Part shown: piece after piece, positions 54,561 to 64,000 of the stretch
Position numbering within the stretch: position 1 is the first letter of the stretch
Layout: each line of letters begins with the position of its first letter
Source: the human T2T-CHM13v2.0 reference genome, Homo sapiens
Reading direction: 5' to 3' (one strand)
DNA: 64,000 bases
NCBI RefSeq assembly: GCF_009914755.1
Contig: NC_060927.1
Notes under the pieces: generated by a model
What the model was told of the DNA's origin: nothing
Seen by the model: only the letters and a program-made list of their open reading frames with translations
Databases searched by the model: none
Program-made: the position numbers and the translations under genes

Positions 54561-54825
54561 TCTTTATTTATTTGTTTATTTTCTTGAGATGGAGTCTCGC
54601 TCTGTTGCCCAGGCTGGAGTGCAGTGCAGTGGCACAATCTCGGCTCACTGCAACCTCCACCTCCCAGGTTCAAGCAATTCTCTACCTCAGCCTCCTGAGT
54701 AGCTGGGATTACAGGTGCCTGCCACCAAGCCTGGCTAATTTTTGTATTTTTAGTAGAGACAGGGTTTCACCATCTTGGCCAGGCTGGACTTGAAATCCTG
54801 ACCCTGTGAGCCATTGCACCCAGCC
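54561..54825 (-). mobile_element. AluS inside HSMAR2, with a left-arm deletion
   Basis: TSD ttttttacatt; cctgaccctgtgagcc skips about 40-50 nt of consensus. Confidence 0.9.
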
Positions 54826-55920
54826 TTTTTTACATTTTTAACTGAAGAAAAAAATGGGTGTCCCTTACAGACTTTTTAAGATTAGAAAACAAAAAGAAGT
54901 CACAAGGAGCCAAATCAGGACTGTAAAGTTGACTCATGATTTCCCATTGAAACTCTTGCAAAATTGCTCTTGTTTGATGAGAGGAATGAGCAGGAAGGAA
55001 CACTGTCATGGTGGAGAAGGACTCTTTGGTCAAGTTTTCCCTGGCATTTTTCTGTTAAAGCTTTGATTAACTTTCTCAAAGCACTCTCATAATAAGCAGA
55101 TGTTATCATCCTTTGGTCCTCCAGAAAGTCGACAAGCAGAATGTCTTGAAGAGTCCAAATAACTGTTGTCAAGACCTTTGCTCTCGACCAGTCTGCTTTT
55201 GCTTTGACTAAACCACTTCCACCGCTTAGTAGCCATTGCTTTGATTGTGTTTTGTCTTCGGGATTCTACTGATAAAGCCATGTTTCATTTCCTGTTACAA
55301 TTCTTCAAAGAAATGCTTCAGGATCTTGATCCCACTTGTTTAAAATTGCAGTTGAAAGCTCTGCTCTTGTCTGCAGCTGATCTAGGTGCAATGGTTTTGG
55401 CACCTATCCAGTGGAAAGTTTGCTCAACTTTAGTTTTTCAGCCAGAATTGTGTAAGCTGAACCAATTGAGATGCCTATGGTGTTGGTTATTATTTGTGCT
55501 GTTGTCGGTCCCTTTCAATTAGAGCACAAACAAGATCAATTTTTTTCCTTGCAAATTGATGTGGATGGTCTGCCACTGTGGGCTTCATCTTCAACATCAT
55601 CTCATCTTTTCTTAAAATGAATTATCCATTTGTAAACTGTGGATTTCTCTGAGCCATTGCCCCCATAAACTTTTGGTAAAGCATCAGTGATTTCACCACA
55701 AATTTGATATTTGTTCTTGTTTCGATTTTAGCAGAATTCATGTTGCTCGATTAGAAGTTCTTTTCAAACTGATGTCTCATCATTCTTAGTACCTGAAACT
55801 AGATCCTGTTCAGCTACTTTATAACAAGTTAGTATGAGTTTCTTGTGGGGAAAAAACATTGAAATCCATGTATAGTTGTATCCTATTGTGTACTTTCCAG
55901 GAACTTTTTGAAGACTCCTC

Positions 55921-56004
55921 ATATATATGCATATACATACATATGTATACATACACACATATATAACACATATGCCATGTGTGTATATATATATATATAT
56001 ACAT
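55921..56004. repeat. (TA/CA)-rich simple repeat at the mariner terminus
   Basis: atatatatgcatatacatacat...gtgtatatatatatatatac. Confidence 0.9.
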
Positions 56005-56654
56005 AAGTGCTTGGCTTCATTATTGCCAACATTGAAGTTTTTTTTAATATGGCTCAAGCAGAATCTGAGTTATTTGAATTCCTGGCTTTTATGTAGGTTT
56101 CATGAAAATTTAGAGGTTGCTCTCAAATCCTCAACCCCAAAATAATTATTTATAGAGTACCATCAATATGTCTGACATAGCCATAGACATTATGGACTAC
56201 AGAAGAATTATAACAAAGGTCTTTACCTGCAATGAGTTTACAATCTTGCTAAGATTTTTTGCAAAGCTAATGAACCACATAGTTGGTACGTGTTTCTTTC
56301 TCTGGGATCATGTTTGGTACCCATGGAGCTTATCCACTGTTCATCTCTTCCCCGGGAACCTCAGTGGTCTCCATAGTTAATGCAGATAAATATAGCCCTT
56401 GCCCTGAAACTGGGCAAATTTGCTACTTATCACTCTTACTAGATATAAACAGAAAAATAGCCAAGGTAAACAGGCACATATACAACCACATTCATATTCT
56501 TTAATTAAGTAAAAACCAACAAGCATGTATTAAGCCTCTAGAATGTACCAAAGTGCTTTATGTAACTTTCTCCTGTTGGGAGCTATTCATTCACTGTTTT
56601 TAGCTGTTTTATGATGTAAAATAACTGAAACTCATGAATTGTAATGATGTTAAT

Positions 56655-56890
56655 ATTTATCATAATACCTAATGCTTATTGAGAATGTAGAATCAGCCAT
56701 GCAATTCTTCTAAGCACTTTACATTACTCTTCACCACAACCCTGTGAAGTAAAACTGTTAATATCCCCATTTTACAGATGAGACAACTGAGCTTCAAGAG
56801 ACTGATTATGTTGCCTAGTACTACAGAGCTGGTAAGAGCTAAAATTTGAACCGGGATTTGGCACTCTAGAGCCAATGCTATGAATCACTG
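56655..56890 (-). mobile_element. MIR
   Basis: atccccattttacagatgagacaactgagcttc...atttgaacc. Confidence 0.88.
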
Positions 56891-56895
56891 TAAAG

Positions 56896-57126
56896 CAGGT
56901 GTTTCTCAATCTTGGCACTACTGGCATTTGGGGCTGGATAAATCTTTGCTCTGCATTGCTATGCACTGTAGGATGTGCAGCAGTATCCTCGGCTCTTACT
57001 GACTAGATACCAGGAGCAATCGACATTTGTGACAATTAAAAATGTCTCCCATAGGAACCAACTCACCCAAATGAGCTAGCCAAATGTCCCCTGCAATTCA
57101 AAACTGCCACCGGTTGAAAACCACTG
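56896..57126. mobile_element. MER20
   Basis: tttctcaatcttggcactactggcatttggggctggataa...aaaaatgtctcc...gttgaaaaccactg. Confidence 0.88.
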
Positions 57127-58696
57127 CTATAAATTAAAAGAAAGAAAGTAGGGAATTCCTAAACCTGGCTACATATTAGAAATGCCTAGGGTATATTTTT
57201 AATGGGTTAAAAATGCAGATAGCAAGTCTTATCACTGATTCAGAGAATCAGAGTGTCAAGGGGTCCCATAGAATAGTCCATCATTTGTCACCAATTAGTT
57301 ATGTCATCTTGAGAAAGTTACTTGCCCTCTCTGTGCCTCAATTTCTTTATCTAGCTACTGAGTGGGCAAAGCTAGACTGTGTGTCAAACCTTTCCATGGC
57401 TAACAATCCAGTCTGTGAAATCACTCAGATACCCATCACTTCCCTCCTTGACAGGCTTCTATTCACACTGCACAGAGAGGGTGTAATGACCAAAAAAAGT
57501 TCCTACAACTCCAATCCTCATAAGGAAATCCTCATAAGGAAATCTGGCCAAAAGCTGACCCGTGATAGACTTACAATCAGTTCACCATAGATACAAAATT
57601 GGGCACAATTATCACTACAAAAAGGTTAGTTTCCACTTCACACACCTGAGGTAGGTAAAAACTGAATCCCAAATTGGAGATGCAATTTTCCCATTATGCA
57701 AAGTGGTTGCTGCATTCCTGGGTGGAAAAAAAAATCCCCAAACCAGTATTGCCAAAACTGAATTTACTAGAAACCTTGACTCCAAATGACACTGGGGAGT
57801 GTGCTCCTCTTTTCAGATTCATGAAATGCTTTCATGTCATTTAAGAAGCAAAATGCAAAAGAAAAAAGTGGGCATTGTCTACACTTCAGACATGGAGGCT
57901 TTAGTCTGACAATCCCAGATCCTATCTCCAACTCAAAACAAATCTGTTCCATGGCAAGAAAGTACTTTAGAGAATTAGTCTTTGCTGTATTTGTATATGC
58001 TAATTAAGCTCCAAAGGAGAAACTGCTGATGATAAATCGCTGACAAAGAAGCCATTTTTAAAAAATTTTACTAATTTATAGATATATCAGATTATATCGG
58101 TTTAGGTCACACTTACTTTATATACCCATGTGTAAAAATAGGATGAAAATGATTACATTTGAAAGTGCCTGGGGTTGTTAAAGTAAAAATAGGAACAATC
58201 TTCATTGAAGAGGGGGAAAAACATCCTTAAAAGGATACTGAATAGAAGGGTGTCTGTAAGGCACGGAGAAGAAGGAGAAAATGTCCTGGATTATGAAACC
58301 ACAATAGAATTCTGCTCAGAAATTGCATGTTATCAATTCAGTTGATCAGATACCAATAAATCCATTTACTAGAAACTGATTTCGGAGGAAACAGACTTGT
58401 AACTATAATTCAAATTCATTCCTTTAAAGCACGTACTACCAGTGCACTCTATCAAGGGTGGGCCCTAACCACTATTAAAGTGTTAAAAGAAATTATTTCA
58501 ATTCTTTATGAGTATAAAATTATAGTAGAAGGGAATCAATTAATCTTAGGTGATATGCCACCAGGCCATAATCAAGTATGATAAATTGCTTTCTTCTATC
58601 CTAGTTTCTCAATGTATGTGTTATGACAGGTTCTGCGAAGGTGAGTATTAAAAAATATTTGTTCCCAACTCAAAAGGGCATCACATAAATGACCGC

Positions 58697-58712
58697 CAGC
58701 GCCATCTGTCGG
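58697..58712 (-). promoter_or_regulatory. Candidate CTCF binding site
   Basis: Minus strand CCGACAGATGGCGCTG versus core CC(A/G)SYAGRKGGCRS; one clear mismatch; CpGs retained. Confidence 0.55.
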
Positions 58713-59595
58713 TGGTACACAGAGCTGTTGCACTTGTGCCTGGGCTTGCGAGTTTTTGTTCACCTAAATTAAGATTCGATGACTGAAGTTTTACATGAGG
58801 GACAGCATCCGTATACTACTCTAAGTGGTGTAGTGCAGAAGCTCTTAAACATTTCTCCTAATGTTTATACCCTTTTACATGGCCAGACACTGAATGAATT
58901 TCTTCTAATGATCTGGAGGTGAAGCCTAAAATAACTGCCTCAAATTTCCTGATGTCTTAGTTTATCTTAAACTTTTATATGAATCTTGTGCTGTATACCA
59001 GAGTAACCTGTGTCTGTTTTTTTACGTAAAAACATGTATAAAATATTTATAGTTCAACTACTTAACTTGTATGACCAAATATTCGGGTTAAATAGATAAT
59101 TTGTTGAGGTGTACCATATTTAGCCCCTGGGGCATATTACCTTGGATACCTACATCCTCCAGAGATACTCCTACTCCAATTTGAGAAAAAGTAGGAACTC
59201 AGCTCTGCCACAGCCTGCTGTGTGCCCACACTGAGCCTCAGTTTCGTTATCTGTGAGGTAAGGACCATGGACAGGATCTCTAAGGGTGCTTCCAGCTCTG
59301 ACATTCTCTGAAACAACAGTCATTTGGATCTTCAGACACAAACACCTCACTCATCTCACTACTGGTGAGCCCTGCGTGCACATTCCTATAACATGTGGGC
59401 ACAGAGATTTGTAAATTATATTATTGTATGTCTAGTTCAATAAATATTATAAATAGGCGTTTCCTATTTCACCTATAGTCCTAAAAGCTTATCTACTCAA
59501 GTTGGCAAAACAAAAGCATTTTCTCCCTCATTCTTCTCATTAGCTAAATGGAGGAATGCCTTCTATTAGAGTCACCTCGTATTTAAGCATACACA

Positions 59596-59715
59596 GCTGG
59601 GCGTGTGGCATGTGCCTGTAGTCCCAGCTACTCCGGAGGCTGAGGTTGGAGACTCTCTTGGGCCCAGGGGTTCAGGACCAGCCTGGGGAACACAGCGAGA
59701 CTCCATCTCAAAAAA
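59596..59715 (+). mobile_element. FLAM-type Alu monomer
   Basis: gctgggcgtgtggcatgtgcctgtagtcccagctact...accagcctggggaacacagcgagactcc. Confidence 0.85.
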
Positions 59716-62700
59716 TACTAATAATTTAAGCTTATACGACAGCTCAATAAGGTTAGGTCTAGTGTTCAAGAATGCAACAGGAGATGACATTAAAGATATA
59801 AGCAATGACCATAACAAAAGAGCTCTTAAAAATGATGTTAAGTAGCTAAGATTTCTGCATGTTATGGCCTGTGGATTTTGGATGTTGGACAAGCCCAACA
59901 AGACAATACACAAGCACAGAGAAGCCGATCTCAGCCCTATCAGCATGAGACCTTTGGTTAAGATTCTTGCCAAAGCTGAAGAATTCAAGCCCTCAAATGT
60001 ATTTTCAAGAACCAGTCATTTTATTTCTCCCCTAGGATCACAGACCTTCCCAAGCCCATGAGGTGCCTGTGAAACTCCACATATGGGAACTATATTTTTA
60101 GGAAAGGGGCCAAGGTGTCAGAGGCTATGCATCACAAGAACAACCCCTTCTTTCTCTTTTACTAACTAACACAGTTTGGCTTTCCCTCGTTTCTAGCAGC
60201 AGTTAATTCCAAGGCTTTATGTTCTCAGACAGTTTCAACACTGCCTTTCCCTTCAGAGTCATCACCAAAATAAATTTTAAAAAATTCCAGTGCGCCCTTC
60301 ACTTTTTCAGTATTCCCACTCCTGCTGGCCCCAGGTGTTCTCTGGTTTGAAGGTTGCCCACTATGCAACCCGCTGTATAATTCAGAACCTGGTGCACTTC
60401 CCAGGCACATCAGTAGTCTAAATTTGTACTACAGCAAAAGCTTCAAGGGCTTAATCAATTACAGATCAAATATTTAAAAATGAGGATTAATCTCATCACT
60501 GCAGCCCAACAGATGCATTTTGTGTTAATAAATACACTTCAAACTTCCTGTAGACACTGAAAAATGCATTCCCAATTTGCCTTTGCTCCTGGTTCCCAAC
60601 AGACAGGAGAGAGGGCTCCATTGATATTCCAGAGCTGCACTTTCCAAGTGTTCATGGGGCTGGCTCTGCTGTATCTCGTAAGATAAAGGAATCAGAAATT
60701 AGAGGAGGAGAAACATTCTGACCAGATGCTCTCTGATCTCCCCAACAAAACTTCAACCACACTGTCAGTCTCAATCACAATGTGTGGGCACTGAGATTCA
60801 TGAGGCCAAATGAAAATAAAATTATGATATTCATTTACGTGGGTGATGGAAGGGTGGATGAAAAGCTCCATATGTTCGGAGTTTCAAGTATAATTTGAAA
60901 CAGCAACATATCAGCCTTAAAAACAGAACCTCCATGGCCTCCAAATTTCAAGAATAGTAGAAGATGCTTGCCTAGAATAAATCAATTTGGAAAGCTGCAG
61001 TCATCAATCTCAAAGTAATTTCTGCCAAAGTATAAATGGTGATTTAAAAACGGGGGAAATGCCAGAAAAATACCACTTGAAAGTTTTATTAATAGTACAT
61101 TACAGAACACAGAAAAAATTATTTATTAGAGAACTTGTGAAGAATACACAGAGAAAAACTCACATGAATTCACAAAACGGGGCAGCACAATGAATTCACC
61201 AGTGTATTAAAAGCAGAACAAAAAAATAAACCCATCACAGACCAAGTAGGTCTTAATTCAAAAATTCAAGGAGCCATCTAATGAGGTGGCTCATTACAGT
61301 GTCACAGCGGCACATGTACCTCTAGTTTATGAATTTCAACGATGTAAGCTAAAAACAAGACAAAATCAAACAACAACAATAACAAAACTGATAACAATTG
61401 TCTTTGATAATAGATGGCTCTAGAACACAAGCCAACCACTTCATATGGGTTCAACCAAAGAAACAACATTCTGTTCCAATACTGGAAAAAAACAATTGGG
61501 CTGAGCTGCTCTTACTGAGAAATGCTAGAGCACAAACAGGGATGATTTAATGGATTTTCAAAGATAATTATGGCAGGACTCAATTTTCACCTTGTTTGAC
61601 GACTTTAAGCTACCCTATATATGTCAATAGTTTGGAGGAGAAAAACCACATGGTTATCTCAGCAAAGAATGTAAAGAAAGCATGTGATAAATTGAGTTCA
61701 TATTTTTGACAAGCTTGTAGTAAAAGCACAAAGGCTATTTGTAGCATTATGTTTAACAGTAAATTTTGGAAAAACCCAAATATACATCTATATGGGCACA
61801 ATTACAAAATTATGGTGTTTCTCTATACAGAGAAACTCTACATAACCATTAAAAAGAAATGAGACTTACGCACTCACACATGACAATGATGAGGATAGAT
61901 GCAAACTGAAGGACAGGATGAAAACCTTAATCACATTTTCAAAAAAGCCATGACATGTACACACACGTGTCTCTATTTAAACAGCATGAAAATACATAGA
62001 GCAAATAATCATGACTGCAATAATCACGGTTAGTTCCAAGAAAAGTAATTGGAGCAGAGGCTTTTGGTTTATAAATTTCTGAATCCTCAGATTTTTTTTA
62101 AAAAACGTACTTCTTTTGTTAATTTAAAAAATAAATCTGGAGAATAAGGAAGAAAAACACTCCAATTAAAAATGCAGAATTGGACCAGGCCAGAAAGGTC
62201 ATCTAGGAAAAGCTGTGTCCAGCATCTCCATCAAAGGAGAAACTACTCCTTTTTATTCATACTCAGGAAGGAGGTGGCAGAGTTCCTGGCTAATCCGGTC
62301 AATTGTTACACAAGCTAAGCAGTGCAAAAAATTCTACATTTTATCTACCCCCTTCTTCTCATTCTCAACTCCAAGCCCAATCCTTTTGTTCTTTTCTCAG
62401 GAGCTTTAGAAAACAGATGGTTACACCATCCTTTGAATCTGTCAATGAATCACACAAAATCAACAGTGTTTTTCTGGAGGGACACTATCGTGTTCAACAA
62501 TACAGAACGACATATCCCAGTTTGCTCCCCACATACAAACATACCAGATTCCATTACCAATGAGCTATTCAAAGGGATTTTACCAGATGTACTTAATTTA
62601 ATTCAACAATTATTAATTCAATGACTCCCGTGCTCTTGGTATTTTATTATGAGCTGTGCAGGACCCTTCGGAAATTTAAAATTTTATGGTGGAGAGGGAC

Positions 62701-63524
62701 ATACACGATGAGAAAGAGATAAACAATTCAGGGTAGTTTAAGATTAGGAGAACGTGCAGACATTATAGTTTTTGAAGCACTAGGAAAATCTTTAGAGTTC
62801 AGACTAGGCTAAATAAGGTGAGGAGATAAACATTTAGGATTTTTTTTAACTTTTCATTTTCTATTTTTAAACGTTATTTTGTATTGTTTGTTTGTTTACT
62901 TAAAAATATTTTGGGAGGGGATTTTTACTATTGGCCAGCTAGGGTCAAGGCAGGGGTATAGAGCAAGGTGGAGATGGGAAGACTAAGAGGCTTCTGCAGT
63001 CACTAAGGCACAAACGCCAAAGGCTGGGTTGAGGGTAGGAGCACAGTCATATCGAAGACTTGACCTGGCTCAATGACACACCGGCAAGGTTTGGATCTCA
63101 GTGACCAAAGGGGATTTTCATGTAACTGACAGATGCAATGAAGAAAAACACTGAGCAGAGTGCTTAAGGTATCAGAGAAGAATCTCAGCATGTGGAAACA
63201 GGAAGGTAGTTAAAAGTCAACACTGGACCCAGACTTATGATTTAAGAGAGAGAATCATCACTTTGTGTTCCTTCACTCTCCACACCTCACAGCTTTCTGC
63301 AGTTAGTATGGGAGTTTGGTGGGAACCTCTGCACTTTCTCCCACTCTTTCGTATCCACGTCAAAGGTCAAACTCTTCATATGCCAAAAGAGGCACCTTGG
63401 CCGAACCCCAATCCACAAAGGAATGCACTAAATCACTGGAAGTGCTGCACATGAAGACAAAAATCCAACACCATATTAATCATTGGCAGGTTGTATTTCC
63501 TGTCCCTTGAAAAGTTAGCCACTT

Positions 63525-63995
63525 CACTGTTCACAAAAGCAAAGACTTGGAACCAACCCAAATGCCCATCAGTGATAGACTGGATAAAGACAATGTGGCA
63601 CATATACACCATGGAATGCTATGCAGCCATACAAAAGGATGAGTTCATGTCCTTTGCAGGGACATGGATGAAGCTGGAAGCCATCATTTTCAGCTAATTA
63701 ACACAGGAACAGAAAACCAAACACCGCATGTTCTCGCTCATAAGTGGGAGTTGAACAATGAGAACACATGGATACAGGTGGGGAATATCACACACCAGGG
63801 ACCGTCAGAGGATGGGGAGCTAGGGGAGGGATAGCATTAGGAGAAATACCTAATGTAGATGACGGGTTGATGGGTACAGCAAACCACCATGGCATATGTA
63901 TACCTATGTAACAAACCTGTATGTTCTGCACATGGATCCCATAACTTAAAGTATAATGATAAAAAAAGAAAACCTTTAAAAAATAAAATAAAAAG
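63525..63995 (+). mobile_element. L1PA (about L1PA7-like) 5'-truncated 3' end
   Basis: ORF2 C-terminus LFTKAKTWNQPKCPS...WHIYTMECYAA and 3' UTR gggagggatagcattaggagaaatacctaatgtagatgacgggttgatggg...aacttaaagtataat plus A-tail. Confidence 0.95.
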
Positions 63996-64000
63996 GTAAA

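Larger units (their letters stand above)
54062..55922 (-). mobile_element. HSMAR2 mariner transposon, full length, with frameshifted transposase remnant
   Basis: Degenerate terminal inverted repeats (ttcaaaaagttt... / ...aactttttgaagactcctc). Transposase motifs YSPDLAPCDFFLF (ORF 54830-55033) and LLVDFLE...ITSAYY...VLLHHD (ORF 54915-55172) lie in different frames. About 1.3 kb after removing two Alus. Confidence 0.92.

Overview
Primate (human-like) intronic DNA, AT-rich, CpG-poor and roughly half interspersed repeat. The only supportable protein-coding feature is a 117-bp minus-strand internal exon (7604-7720) encoding [39 protein letters not shown](C). I recognise this as MAGI1 (probably exon 2, joining PDZ0 to the guanylate-kinase-like domain). 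The rest of the window is the flanking introns. These hold about 22 Alu/FLAM/FRAM copies, many MIR and L2 fragments, a ~7-kb degenerate old L1, several L1 3' ends, five LTRs or LTR fragments, hAT MITEs (MER5, MER20, MER58, MER63), Tigger elements and a full-length, Alu-interrupted HSMAR2 mariner fossil. All other ORF-track entries look like repeat-derived or chance ORFs. I found no tRNA, rRNA, CRISPR array or convincing novel system. The best second-look items are: (1) an old ~245-bp locally templated duplication inserted inside a Tigger element; (2) a candidate TATA/Kozak/phase-matched alternative first exon ~2.1 kb downstream of the known exon; (3) a (UG)12 tract beside the exon's donor; (4) a CpG-retaining CTCF-like site. 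Repeat subfamily names were assigned from memory of consensus sequences, and boundaries are approximate unless a target-site duplication (TSD) is quoted.
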